Source of the DNA: Candidatus Multivoradales bacterium
Lineage (GTDB): Bacteria; Acidobacteriota; Thermoanaerobaculia; Multivoradales; Multivoraceae
Length of the DNA: 64,000 nt
Direction: 5' to 3'
NCBI GenBank assembly: GCA_965223325.1
Contig: CBDCWI010000002.1
Location: 2,848,001-2,912,000, forward strand
In this document: one piece after another, positions 22,390-34,856 of the stretch
How the letters are laid out: each line of letters begins with the position of its first letter
Position numbering within the stretch: the first letter of the stretch is position 1
Program-made: the position numbers and the translations under genes
The notes under the pieces: generated by a model
Database searches by the model: none
Told to the model about the DNA's origin: nothing
What the model saw: only the letters and a program-made list of their open reading frames with translations

Positions 22390-23175
22390 ATGAGATTCGC
22401 CGACCTCCTGGAGATTCTGGAGTGGCGCGACGCGATCGACCTTGCAGTCCTGGCGCTGCTTGCCTATGGCCTGCTCAAGCTGGTGCGCGGCACCCGCGCC
22501 GTCCAGGTGATCATGGGCATCCTGGGCATCGTCGCAACCACCTACATCGCTGAGCTGCTCAATCTCGAAGGCCTGTCGCTGCTCTTGCAGGCGATTCTGG
22601 TCTTCCTGCCTTTTGCCATCGTGGTTCTCTTTCAACAGCAGATCCGGCGCGGGCTGGCCTCGATCGGCCGCAACCCGCTGTTTGGGATTGCCTCTCAGGA
22701 GGCCACCGAAACGGGTTTCAATGAACTGGTGCTGGCCGCCGATACGCTCGCCAAACGGCAGATCGGGGCTCTGATCGTCATCGAACGGGCCGAAGGCCTG
22801 CGCGACTGGGTAGAGAACGGCATTCAACTCGACAGCCTCATCAGCTTCGACCTCCTCCTGTCGATCTTCAATCCCGCTTCTCCCCTGCACGACGGCGCGG
22901 TGATCATTCAAGGCGACCGGGTAGCGGCTGCGGCCTGCTTCTTGCCGTTGACGTCAAACCCCGAGCTTTCGACGCGGTCGGGCACCAGGCACCGGGCGGC
23001 CCTGGGCATCAGCGAAGAAACCGACTGTCTGGCAATTGTCGTTTCCGAAGAGACAGGCATGATCTCGGTCGCCCTCGCCGGACATCTCGAGCAAGACCTC
23101 GACGCCCGCAGCCTGCGCAACGAGCTCTACCGACAGGTCGTGAGCGCCGAAGCATCCAAGGGAGCGGCAGCGTGA
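22390..23175 (+). CDS. cdaA: Diadenylate cyclase CdaA (DacA)
   Basis: Three N-terminal TM segments; LHDGA, GTRHRAA, VVSEETG. Confidence 0.95.
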   Translation: MRFADLLEILEWRDAIDLAVLALLAYGLLKLVRGTRAVQVIMGILGIVATTYIAELLNLEGLSLLLQAILVFLPFAIVVLFQQQIRRGLASIGRNPLFGIASQEATETGFNELVLAADTLAKRQIGALIVIERAEGLRDWVENGIQLDSLISFDLLLSIFNPASPLHDGAVIIQGDRVAAAACFLPLTSNPELSTRSGTRHRAALGISEETDCLAIVVSEETGMISVALAGHLEQDLDARSLRNELYRQVVSAEASKGAAA

Positions 23176-23918
23176 GAATGACCGACTCGAGAAACGGCGA
23201 ATCGGGAGAACAGGGGCTCTGGTATCTCCGTCTTCTGGCCGTGGTCATCGCCCTCGGCGTGTGGCTCTACGCTGCCTACATGCCGCGCGTTCAGGAACTC
23301 CTGGTGCCGCGGGTCGAATGGGGCGTCGACACCGAGGTGAGCTATTCGGTGCCCGAGGGTTCCAAGCTCGTCGTCCTCAATGCCCAGCAGCGGATTCGGG
23401 TGCAGCTTCGTGGGCGCGAAGAGCAGCAGCGGGCGGTCGAGAACAGCGGCGGCATCGGGGTTCAGATCCCGTTCGAGGAAGGCACCTCGGCCGGCGACCG
23501 GCAGGTGGCAATTCTGCCCGAGTACGTGCGCCTTCCCGACGACTCGATCGAGGTGGTCTCGATCACGCCGAACCGTCTGGAGCTGATTCTCGACATCGAA
23601 GAAACCCGCCAGGTGCGCGCCGTTCCCATCTGGCGAGGTGAAGCTGGGGGTGCGCTTCCAGTCCCCAAGAGCTACCGCGTGACCCCCGAGACCATCGAGA
23701 TTCAGGGGCCGCGCTCAATCCTCGATCAGGAAGACAGGATCGCGATTCCAGTCGACCTCGAGGGCCGCATCTACACCTTCCAGCGCGTCCTACCGGTCCC
23801 GCCCCCGGCAGACTCACATCTCCGCGTCATCCAGCCCCGCACCGTCACGGTCTGGGTCGAGCTCGAACCGCCACCGGAACCTGACGCTCTGGACCTGGAG
23901 TCGAACGGCGGTTCATGA
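23172..23918 (+). CDS. cdaR: CdaR / YbbR-like regulator
   Basis: LLAVVIALGVW TM followed by YbbR-like beta repeats (VTPETIEIQGP); canonical position between cdaA and glmM. Confidence 0.8.
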   Translation: MRMTDSRNGESGEQGLWYLRLLAVVIALGVWLYAAYMPRVQELLVPRVEWGVDTEVSYSVPEGSKLVVLNAQQRIRVQLRGREEQQRAVENSGGIGVQIPFEEGTSAGDRQVAILPEYVRLPDDSIEVVSITPNRLELILDIEETRQVRAVPIWRGEAGGALPVPKSYRVTPETIEIQGPRSILDQEDRIAIPVDLEGRIYTFQRVLPVPPPADSHLRVIQPRTVTVWVELEPPPEPDALDLESNGGS

Positions 23919-25279
23919 AGACATCAATCTTTGGCACCGACGGCATCCGGGGTGCGTTTGGGGCAGCACCCCTCGACCATGGCACCGTCTTCGAGCTCGG
24001 GCGCCAGCTCGTCGGCCTGATCGGTGAGACGGGCCTCGAGACCCCGTCGATCGTCGTCGGCGGCGACACCCGCGAAAGCACACCTCTGCTCACCGACTGG
24101 TTCGCTGAGGGCGTCGTGCACGCCGGTGGCACGGTCAAGAGAGCGGGAGTGGTGCCGACACCGGCGGTCGCCCGGGTCGTCGCAAGCAGCGCGCATGCGG
24201 GCGGCGTGGTGATCTCGGCAAGTCACAACCCATGGCCAGACAACGGCCTCAAGTTCTTTGACGCCGACGGCTTCAAATGGTCGGTCGAGCGCGAGCGGGC
24301 GCTCGAGGAGCGACTGCAACCGGTTTCTACACCGCCACCGAGCGGCGACCCTCCATCAGGGGTCGACCCGGCTCTGGCGGGGCGCTACGTTGCTTCGTTG
24401 ATCGAATCGACCCGGGCGCTTGCCGGCTCGGCGAAGCCGCTCGAGGGTCTTCGCGTCGTCCTCGACCTCGGCCACGGTGCAGCGTCGCCGCTCGCGGCGC
24501 CGGTCTTCGCTGACCTGGGGGCCTCGACCTGGGTCATCAACGACCGCCCCGATGGCCGCAATCTCAATCAGGGTTGCGGATCGACCCACCCCGAAGTGGT
24601 GGCGGCCGCTGTTCTCGAACAAGGCGCCGACCTGGGCGTTTCCTTCGATGGCGACGCCGACCGCCTGATCGTCTGCGACCACAACGGCACGGTGCGCGAC
24701 GGCGACGCCATCATGTACATGTGGGCTCTGGCACTCCATCGAGCTGGCGAATTGACCGGCAATCGCATCGTCGCCACGGTGATGAGCAACCTGGGCCTCC
24801 ACAAGGCGTTGGAGGCCCACGGAATCGATGTCGTCTCCTGTGATGTCGGCGATCGTGCGGTCGTCGAGACCCTTCGCAACCAGGGACTACGCCTGGGCGG
24901 TGAACAGTCGGGCCACTTGATCGACCTCGAACACTCAACGACCGGTGACGGCCTGCTCGCAGCGCTTCACCTGGCAGCGCGAATCAGCTCGAGCGGTGAA
25001 TCACTGGCTCGACATCTCGAGGACTTCGAGGTGTTTCCGCAGCTGCTCCGGAACGTTCCGGTGCGCTCGAAGCCGCCGTTTGCCGAAATCGACAGCCTCC
25101 AGGAGGTCATCAAAGCGGTTGAGACCGAACTCGGAAACGAGGGACGACTCCTTCTGCGCTATAGCGGCACCGAGAGGCTCGCTCGGATCATGGTCGAGGG
25201 ACCTGACCCGGACCGCATCGCCACTCTCGCCGACCGCATCGCAGATCAGCTGGCCAGCGAGATCGGCGCTCCGCCGTAG
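23915..25279 (+). CDS. glmM: Phosphoglucosamine mutase
   Basis: FGTDGIRG, ISASHNP, FDGDADR, GGEQSGH, RYSGTE. Confidence 0.96.
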   Translation: MKTSIFGTDGIRGAFGAAPLDHGTVFELGRQLVGLIGETGLETPSIVVGGDTRESTPLLTDWFAEGVVHAGGTVKRAGVVPTPAVARVVASSAHAGGVVISASHNPWPDNGLKFFDADGFKWSVERERALEERLQPVSTPPPSGDPPSGVDPALAGRYVASLIESTRALAGSAKPLEGLRVVLDLGHGAASPLAAPVFADLGASTWVINDRPDGRNLNQGCGSTHPEVVAAAVLEQGADLGVSFDGDADRLIVCDHNGTVRDGDAIMYMWALALHRAGELTGNRIVATVMSNLGLHKALEAHGIDVVSCDVGDRAVVETLRNQGLRLGGEQSGHLIDLEHSTTGDGLLAALHLAARISSSGESLARHLEDFEVFPQLLRNVPVRSKPPFAEIDSLQEVIKAVETELGNEGRLLLRYSGTERLARIMVEGPDPDRIATLADRIADQLASEIGAPP

Positions 25280-25400
25280 GGTCCCGACAATGCGCGGTTG
25301 GCCCCTTCCGGGTACGGTCGGCGTGTTAGAAACCCCCTGAAGCAAAAAGGGCCGCTCCGACTCAACACGCTCTAAGAGAACAAGCTCTCGCAGGTGAACC

Positions 25401-26153
25401 ATGAGTGCACCGATCTTTCTGTCGGTCAACATCGATCACGTCGCTACCCTCAGGCAAGCCAGAAAGGCGCCCTACCCGTCGCCGCTCGCGGCGGCCCGCC
25501 TGGCGATCGAGGCGGGTGCCAACGGAATCACCGTGCACCTGAGAGAAGACCGCCGCCACATTCAAGACGACGACCTCACCGGACTCTGCCGAGAACTCGA
25601 GGTCCCGATCAACCTCGAAATCGCCGCCACCGAGCGGATGGTGCGCATCGCGCGGGAAGCGAAGCCGGCGCAGGTCACTCTGGTACCCGAACGGCCCGAT
25701 GAGGTCACCACGGAAGGGGGGCTCGACCTGGTCGACCACGAAAGCCGCATCCAACGTGTGGCGGCAACCCTCCGGGAAGACGACATCACGGTCTCGCTCT
25801 TCCTCGACCCTGATCCCCAACAGATCGAGTGTGTGGCGAGAATCGACGGCTCGAATCGCATCGAGATCAACACCGACGCTTTCACCCGCGCCGCGCTGGC
25901 AGGCCTCGACAGCGACGGCGCCCAGCAGGAACTCGAGCTCGTCAGAGAGGGCGCGACCCTCGCCACCGCCGCCGGTCATACCGTCGACGCGGGCCACGGC
26001 CTGACCGTTCAAAACGTCGTGCCGATTGCCGCCATCCCGGAGATGGTCGAACTCAACATCGGCCACTCGATCGTCTCGCGCGCCGTGCTCGTGGGAATGC
26101 ACAAGGCGGTCGAAGAGATGCGTCAGGCCATCGACGGAGCCCGCGCCGCTTGA
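25401..26153 (+). CDS. pdxJ: Pyridoxine 5'-phosphate synthase
   Basis: VNIDHVATLRQAR, HLREDRRHI, TTEGGLD, AGHGL, ELNIGHSI. Confidence 0.97.
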   Translation: MSAPIFLSVNIDHVATLRQARKAPYPSPLAAARLAIEAGANGITVHLREDRRHIQDDDLTGLCRELEVPINLEIAATERMVRIAREAKPAQVTLVPERPDEVTTEGGLDLVDHESRIQRVAATLREDDITVSLFLDPDPQQIECVARIDGSNRIEINTDAFTRAALAGLDSDGAQQELELVREGATLATAAGHTVDAGHGLTVQNVVPIAAIPEMVELNIGHSIVSRAVLVGMHKAVEEMRQAIDGARAA

Positions 26154-26172
26154 GAGATCCTGCTCCGGGCCG

Positions 26173-26388
26173 CTAGCGCTCGATCTCGATGCCCTCAGCG
26201 ATCGGCGACTCGGCCTCTTTGCTCATCAACACGGTGGAGTGGATCGGCAAGAGAACCCGATGGGTCTTCTCACCGAAGCTGACGTTGAGCTCGTAGTAGC
26301 CCTCGGGCGCGATGCGCAGTAGACGGCCAGGGCTACCTTTCCAGCCGAGAATCGTGTTGTGGACCAAGACATCTGTCGGGACTTCCAT
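26173..26388 (-). CDS. Small hypothetical beta-rich protein (71 aa)
   Basis: AGGAG RBS before ATG, coding-like GC3 pattern, fills the gap between convergent genes. Confidence 0.65.
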   Translation of the reverse strand: MEVPTDVLVHNTILGWKGSPGRLLRIAPEGYYELNVSFGEKTHRVLLPIHSTVLMSKEAESPIAEGIEIER

Positions 26389-26591
26389 CCGAAACTCCTA
26401 CGGGGATTGTGAGGCAATAGAGACTGGCAGGGCGCGCTCTGGGGTGCTCGTCGCTCGAGAAGCGCAGCAGAACGCGTGATCGAGGTGGGGGAGTCGTGCG
26501 AGAAAGAACGGATACCGAGAGGCGGTGAGGGTTCCGACCCCTGAGCCGAGAGAACTCGACGACCCGCCAAGCCTATCCGCTGGCGGGACCG

Positions 26592-27977
26592 CTATTCCAC
26601 AATGCCGTCTTCTCGGTACTCCTTCAGTTTTCGCTGCAGGGTGCGTAGGCCAATCTGCAGAATGCGGGCGGCCTCGGCGCGCTTGCCGCCGGTTCGCTCG
26701 AGGGTATCCAGGATCGCTTGACGTTCGATCTCGGCCATCGTGCGCGGCTCGCCAACCAGGGGTTGGATCGGCGTGTGGTCGGTACGGTTTGCGATTCGCG
26801 AGCGCAGGTCTCCCGGGAGATCCCCCGGGGTGACCGTGCCACCGGGGTGAAAGACCACGACGGACTCGAGGACATTGCGCAACTCGCGCACGTTTCCCGG
26901 CCAGTTGTAGCTCGAGAGGGCCGCAACCGTCGTCGGGTCGAGTCGCAGTTCGGGCTTGGCCTCGGCTGCCGCGAACTCTTCCAGGAAGGCCTCAGCGATC
27001 AAGGGTAGATCTCCGAGGCGCTGCCGCAACGGCGGAATCTCGAGCGTGACCACCTTGAGACGGTAGTAGAGGTCTTCTCTGAAGCGCCCTTCCTCGACGG
27101 CCTTCTCGAGATCCTTGTTGGTCGCCGCGATCAGCCTGAAGTCGAGGTCGATCAGGTCGCTGCCCCCGACGCGCATGATCTGGCGCTCTTCGAGGACGCG
27201 CAGCAACTTCACCTGGAGCTCCGGATAGAGCTCACTGATCTCATCGAGAAACAAGCTGCCACCGTCGGCGAGCTCGAACTTGCCGATCTTGCGAGCCACC
27301 GCACCAGTGAAGGAACCCTTCTCGTGTCCGAAGAGCTCGCTCTCGAGGATCTCGTTGGGGATCGCGCCACAGTTGATGGCCAGAAAGCGTTCTTCGGAGC
27401 GCGGGCTCGCCTGATGCAGCGCCTTGGCGACCAGCTCCTTACCGGTCCCGCTTTCTCCGACGATCAAGACACTCGACCTCGAGGGCGCAACCAGCCGCAT
27501 CTGTTCGAACAGGCGCTCCATCGGCGGTGAGTTACCGATGATCGCGTCGAAGCCGTAGCGCTTGTCGAGCATTTCACGCAGGCTCGAAACCTCTTCGCGC
27601 AGGTCGCGGTTCTCGAGCAGGTTCATGACCCGACGCCGAAGCTCGTAGAGGTCGACCGGCTTGGTGAGGTAGTCGTCGGCACCGATCTGCATCGCCTGAA
27701 CCGCTGACTCGATCGACCCGAAACCCGTCACCAGCATCACCGCGAGTTCGAGGTTCTGTTCGCGCACGGCGTTGAGAAAGGCAATACCGTCCATTCCAGG
27801 CATCTTCAGGTCACAGATCGCGAGACGACTGCCCGGATTCGAGGTCAAGAACGCAAGCGCCTCGGCGGCTTCGTCGAAGGTCCGAACCGACAGGCCGGCC
27901 TTCTCGACCGCTAGCGCCATCGATTCACGCGAACCGGTCTCATCGTCGATCACGATCACTTGTGGCGAGGAGCTCAT
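26592..27977 (-). CDS. Sigma54-dependent response regulator (REC + AAA+ + Fis HTH)
   Basis: IDDE, DLKMPGMDG, GESGTGKE, ESELFGHEKGSFTGA, WPGNVREL, C-terminal HTH. Confidence 0.95.
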   Translation of the reverse strand: MSSSPQVIVIDDETGSRESMALAVEKAGLSVRTFDEAAEALAFLTSNPGSRLAICDLKMPGMDGIAFLNAVREQNLELAVMLVTGFGSIESAVQAMQIGADDYLTKPVDLYELRRRVMNLLENRDLREEVSSLREMLDKRYGFDAIIGNSPPMERLFEQMRLVAPSRSSVLIVGESGTGKELVAKALHQASPRSEERFLAINCGAIPNEILESELFGHEKGSFTGAVARKIGKFELADGGSLFLDEISELYPELQVKLLRVLEERQIMRVGGSDLIDLDFRLIAATNKDLEKAVEEGRFREDLYYRLKVVTLEIPPLRQRLGDLPLIAEAFLEEFAAAEAKPELRLDPTTVAALSSYNWPGNVRELRNVLESVVVFHPGGTVTPGDLPGDLRSRIANRTDHTPIQPLVGEPRTMAEIERQAILDTLERTGGKRAEAARILQIGLRTLQRKLKEYREDGIVE

Positions 27978-28080
27978 GGCGCGCCATAATGGCACACCAA
28001 CGAAGATCTGCACGAAGATCGCACGATCTCTACAATGGCCGGATCGTTTCCTTCGGGTACCGGGCAACGCTGCTGACTCG

Positions 28081-28117
28081 AAGTCAGAAGACCAATAGAT
28101 ATTGGGATATTTGACTT
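28081..28117. promoter_or_regulatory. Nested inverted repeat (candidate operator) between the regulator and DUF1800
   Basis: AAGTCA-N5-CCAATA-GA-TATTGG-N6-TGACTT in an AT-rich patch; TAGAAT at 28125-28130. Confidence 0.5.
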
Positions 28118-28183
28118 AGTTAGATAGAATGCCGGTTCGCTTCCGAGACGCACTCGAGTCGTTTCTTCTTCAGGAGAGTTGCC

Positions 28184-29857
28184 ATGGGTTCCAGAGGTAC
28201 CACCGTCGACCGTCGCCACCGAGTTGTCGAAGGCAGACCGCTGGCGGAGCGCGGCATGCGCAACGCCGCGCTCCTGCGCCAGAACGAGGAGGCTCTCGAG
28301 CGCCACGTCGAACGCGCCTCGGTCCCGGCGACGGCCTGGGAAACCCTGGCTGCAGACCGCATGGGCTTCGGCGCCGGCCCGCGCTTCGCCTCCAATTGGA
28401 GTGACATTCCCGGCAGCGGCGAAACCAAGTTCGACAACTACGTCGAGCAGCAGATCAACCCCAACGCGCCTCAGGGCGACGTCGCGCCACCGGTCGATGA
28501 CACAAGATTCGACCAGAAAGTCGCGGCGGCGGGTTTCACTACCGTCGATCGCAGCCACACCAACCTCTGGCAGTCCTACGCCATTGGCGGCCAGAACCGC
28601 AACACTCCGGTACAAGAGACGGAGTACCTGACCTGGATTCGCATGGTCCACAGCCACCGTCAACTCGAAGAGGTGATGGCGGACTTCTGGCACAACCACT
28701 TCAACTGCTACGGCTTCGATCACTGGGCACGACCGATGTGGCCGTCCTGGGACCGTACGTTGCGCCTGCACTCGATGCGCAACTTCCGCGACCTGCTCGC
28801 AGCGACGAGCAAGCACTCGGTGATGTTGTACTACCTGGATCAGTACACCTCGAGTGACGACGGGCCGAACGAGAACTACGCCCGCGAGCTCATCGAGCTA
28901 CACACCCTCGGAGCGGAGCACTACCTTGGGGTCATCGACCAGGGCGAAGTCCCGATCGGAGTCGCCGGACATCCCGTGGGGTACGTTGACAACGACGTCT
29001 TCGACATGGCTCTGGCGCTTACCGGTTGGACTGTCGACAGCGACACCGGCGCGTTCTACTTCCGCGAGGAGTGGAACGCCGGCCACGCCAACAAGACCGT
29101 CGTCGGGCTTTCGCTGCCTCGTTTCGGCGGCGTCGGCGCCGCCGAAATGGCGCTCGACCACCTCGCCTACCACCCGTCGACCGCGCGCCATATCGCGCGC
29201 AAGCTCTGCGTGCGGCTGATCAGCGACCACCCACCTTCGAGCATCGTCGACTCGGCAGCCGACGTGTTCTACAACCAGCGCTTCAGCGGTGGCCAGATCA
29301 GAAAGACCCTGCGCCACATTCTCAAGTCTCAGGAGTTCAAGTCCTCCTGGAACCAGAAGACCAAGCGCCCCCTCGAGATTGCGGCCGGTGCGCTGAGGAC
29401 CACCAATGCAGACTTCCCCTTCAGCATGGACTCGGGCGACAACGACGATCTCTCGAGCTTTCTGTGGCGCTATGACGGCACCGGCCAGCCGCTCTTCGGG
29501 AACCGCACACCCGACGGGTTCCCCGACGACCGCGAGACCTGGCAGAGCACCCTGCCGCGCATTCGCTGTTGGCGCATCGTCAACTGGTTGTCGAACCAGT
29601 TCGACGGCAACCAGGCCCGCATCGACCCAACCACCAGGCCGTTACCCAGCGCAACCAACGCAACAGAGATCGTCGAGTACTGGATCAATCGCATCCTGCA
29701 GCGAGACATTCCGAGCGAAGACAAGAACACGATCATCAACTTCCTCGGTGTCGGCAACCCGAACGCGCAAATCGACTTTGGCGACGAAGACGATCACGAC
29801 CGCGCTCGCGCAATGATCGCTCTCATCCTCAACTCGCCGTACTTCTTGGAGCGATGA
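28184..29857 (+). CDS. DUF1800 family protein
   Basis: DRMGFG, QLEEVMADFWHNHF, MLYYLD, PNENYARELIELHTLG, ALTGW, HPSTARHIARKL, KRPLE. Confidence 0.92.
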   Translation: MGSRGTTVDRRHRVVEGRPLAERGMRNAALLRQNEEALERHVERASVPATAWETLAADRMGFGAGPRFASNWSDIPGSGETKFDNYVEQQINPNAPQGDVAPPVDDTRFDQKVAAAGFTTVDRSHTNLWQSYAIGGQNRNTPVQETEYLTWIRMVHSHRQLEEVMADFWHNHFNCYGFDHWARPMWPSWDRTLRLHSMRNFRDLLAATSKHSVMLYYLDQYTSSDDGPNENYARELIELHTLGAEHYLGVIDQGEVPIGVAGHPVGYVDNDVFDMALALTGWTVDSDTGAFYFREEWNAGHANKTVVGLSLPRFGGVGAAEMALDHLAYHPSTARHIARKLCVRLISDHPPSSIVDSAADVFYNQRFSGGQIRKTLRHILKSQEFKSSWNQKTKRPLEIAAGALRTTNADFPFSMDSGDNDDLSSFLWRYDGTGQPLFGNRTPDGFPDDRETWQSTLPRIRCWRIVNWLSNQFDGNQARIDPTTRPLPSATNATEIVEYWINRILQRDIPSEDKNTIINFLGVGNPNAQIDFGDEDDHDRARAMIALILNSPYFLER

Positions 29858-29900
29858 CGGCTCGCCCTTTTCCTTTCAGTTTCCTCTTCAGGAGAGTCCG

Positions 29901-31313
29901 ATGACCCAACACAACAGACGGACCTTTCTCTGCGGTTGCTCTGCCGCTATCGCCGCGATGGCTGGCTCACGGATGGGCTCGATGGCCTTCGGAGCGCCCG
30001 GCACCAACAACAACGCACTGCTCGTCGTCTTCCTGCGCGGCGGAATGGACGGCGTAACGCTCGTTCCGCCCATCGCCGGCGGCGACCGCGGGCGCTACGA
30101 GTCGTTCAGACCCAACATCCAGGTACCCACCAACGGCGGCAACGCTGCGATCTCGATTGGCAGCGGTTTCGGTTTGCATCCCGCACTGCAACCACTCAAG
30201 GGTGCGTGGGATTCAAACGACATGGCGATCGTCCATGCCGCCGGTCTCACCGAAGACATGACGCGCAGCCATTTCGACGCCATGGAGTACATGGAACTCG
30301 GAACCCCTGGCAACAAGTCGACGGGGTCAGGGTGGCTCACCCGCCACATGGTGACCGCCACCAACCTTCCGCCGACCGCTATCCTGCCGGCTGTCGCCAT
30401 TGGAAGCACGCAGCCTACGTCGCTCCTCGCCTACCTGGGCGCCGTTAGCATGACCAGTGCGAGTTCCTTCGACATCGATGAAGGGCCCTGGCAGTACCGC
30501 GACCTGAGCCGTTCGTCGCTCAATCAGATCTATCGCCGCGTCAACAGTGCCATCCACCTGTCTGGTCAGCAGGCTCTCGACGCACTCGACATCGTCCAAG
30601 ACAACCTGAGCGGCGGCTACACGCCGGCCAACGGGTCCAGTTCGTACTACAACTCGGCCGGCGGCTTCGGTGAGAACATGCAGCTCATCGCCCGGCTGAT
30701 GAAGGAAAACCTCGGTCTCCAGGTGGCCACCGTCGACCTCGGCGGTTGGGACATGCACAACGGCCTGGGCGACAATGGTGGCGGCGGCTTTTCAAACCTC
30801 GCGGGAGTTCTGGCCAACGGCCTCGGCGGGCTCTACCGCGACCTCTCAGGATCCGGCAACCCGATCAACCGACTGACCGTCGTGGTGATGAGCGAATTCG
30901 GCCGCCGCCTGCGCCAGAACGGTGACCGCGGTGTCGATCATGGCTACGGCAACCGCATGTTGATCCTCGGCGGCCGTACTCAGGGTGGCGAGTTCTACGG
31001 TGCCTGGCCGGGTCTGCGGCAAGAAGAGCTCTTCCAGGGCGAAGACCTCGATGTCACCGTCGACGTGCGCCGGGTGCTGTCGGAGATCATGATGAAGCGG
31101 CTCGGCAACAACCGTATCGAGGCGATGTTCCCGGGCTACAGCGAGCGCTATATGAACGAAGGGCCTCTGGGCCTGGTCGAGAACGACTACCCCGGCCTGC
31201 CCGTCGATCAGTCTCCCTTCGAAGGGACCGGAGGCGGCGATCAGAGCTCGATCTTCAGCGACGACTTCGAACTCGCCAGCACCTTCCGCTGGGATTCGAA
31301 CGTCGGCGGCTAA
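29901..31313 (+). CDS. DUF1501 family protein with Tat signal
   Basis: RRTFL Tat motif, VFLRGGMDG, GLHP, RSHF, GWL, GGWDMH, SEFGR, DHG; C-terminal IFSDDFE tail. Confidence 0.92.
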   Translation: MTQHNRRTFLCGCSAAIAAMAGSRMGSMAFGAPGTNNNALLVVFLRGGMDGVTLVPPIAGGDRGRYESFRPNIQVPTNGGNAAISIGSGFGLHPALQPLKGAWDSNDMAIVHAAGLTEDMTRSHFDAMEYMELGTPGNKSTGSGWLTRHMVTATNLPPTAILPAVAIGSTQPTSLLAYLGAVSMTSASSFDIDEGPWQYRDLSRSSLNQIYRRVNSAIHLSGQQALDALDIVQDNLSGGYTPANGSSSYYNSAGGFGENMQLIARLMKENLGLQVATVDLGGWDMHNGLGDNGGGGFSNLAGVLANGLGGLYRDLSGSGNPINRLTVVVMSEFGRRLRQNGDRGVDHGYGNRMLILGGRTQGGEFYGAWPGLRQEELFQGEDLDVTVDVRRVLSEIMMKRLGNNRIEAMFPGYSERYMNEGPLGLVENDYPGLPVDQSPFEGTGGGDQSSIFSDDFELASTFRWDSNVGG

Positions 31314-31326
31314 GCCAAGGAGGGGC

Positions 31327-33631
<2,305 letters not shown>

Positions 33632-33687
33632 CGCGATCCTCACGAGTGGGTTGGTAGCGGGTTGGTAGGAAGTCGGGCGAGACCGCA

Positions 33688-34698
33688 TCATAGACCGTCT
33701 GTGCGCTGTTCGCGCAGCAGCCACAAGGCCATGGCGAGACCACCGAGCAGGCTGATCATCCACAGTGTCGCAATGCGCAGGACAAGCGTCGCGGCGACCG
33801 CCGCTGGCGAGTCGAGACCGAGGCCGGTGAGCATGAGCAACATTGCTGCTTCGAAGCCACCCAGGCCCCCCGGCAGCATCGAAAGAGCCCCCACAAGGGT
33901 CGAAATGCCGAAGACTGCTGCCGCCGCGCCCGGCGCCACGGTAAAACCCAGACCATCCAGGATCAGCCAGAAGGCGGTGGCCTCGAGCCCCCATGCCAGG
34001 AGCGCGAGCCCCAGGCCTACGGCGGCATGAAGACGTCTGAGAAGCCGCCGACTGCTGGTGAGCAACTCCAGGAGGGAAACGGCTGGCCGACGGAGGCGAC
34101 CCCAGCGGGTGGCCCAGCCGAGGACCCGCCGGTGAAGCGGCGCAAGAACGATGAAGGCCACCAGTGCAGTCAGCAGAACAGCACTCGCGATGAAGTAGGG
34201 CAGCGCACCATCGACCAGGGTGAGGCCGGTGGCCGCTAGAAAGAGAACCGCGACCAGGTCCATCAGGCGCTCGGTCAAGAGGGCGCCAGCGGTTGCCGTC
34301 ATGGGAATGCCACAGCGAATCTTGAGTAACAACGACTTGACGATCTCGCCTGCCTTGCCGGGTGTGGCGGTGAAGGCAAAGCTGGCCGCAAAGGCAAACA
34401 AGTCTTCGCGGACCGGAACACGCAGCGCGAGCCAGTCGGTGTAGAGCGACCATCGGAGGCCCCGTAGGGCCCAGCCCAGAAGCACCGCAGCGACAATCTG
34501 CGGACCTCTGGTGGCGAAGGGAAAGTCGTCGAGCGCCGCACCGATGCTGTGAGTGCCTGACCAGATGACCATGGCGCCGTAGAGCACCATGGCGACCGTG
34601 AGAACCACGCCACTCTGCATGGTGAAGCGACGCAGCCTGCGCGAACCTTCGCGAGGCCCTCGAGCACCGCCCGAGGACGATGGGTCGCGATCAGGCAT
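33688..34698 (-). CDS. Lysylphosphatidylglycerol-synthase TM domain (flippase-like) protein
   Basis: Multi-TM; LRW, TPGKAGE, ERLMD, LPGGLGGFEA, R...W motifs. Start uncertain. Confidence 0.85.
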   Translation of the reverse strand: MPDRDPSSSGGARGPREGSRRLRRFTMQSGVVLTVAMVLYGAMVIWSGTHSIGAALDDFPFATRGPQIVAAVLLGWALRGLRWSLYTDWLALRVPVREDLFAFAASFAFTATPGKAGEIVKSLLLKIRCGIPMTATAGALLTERLMDLVAVLFLAATGLTLVDGALPYFIASAVLLTALVAFIVLAPLHRRVLGWATRWGRLRRPAVSLLELLTSSRRLLRRLHAAVGLGLALLAWGLEATAFWLILDGLGFTVAPGAAAAVFGISTLVGALSMLPGGLGGFEAAMLLMLTGLGLDSPAAVAATLVLRIATLWMISLLGGLAMALWLLREQRTDGL

Positions 34699-34856
34699 GA
34701 CGATGACGTGGCGAAGTGGTCGGGGCTTGGAGGCAGAGAGGTTCTGGTTGCATGAGGGCTACGTCTTGCTGGCGGGAAGACTCAGCGGGAACCCTATCCT
34801 TGACCGTTCGCGCAGCCACTACAATGAAGTCCACCGTGCGCAGGAAAACCCCTTCC

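Noticed and set aside
27989-28030. Sigma54 -24/-12 promoter for DUF1800 (TGGCAC near 27990)
   Set aside because: No TTGC at the required spacing; the nearby ACGAAGATC direct repeats are too short to call.
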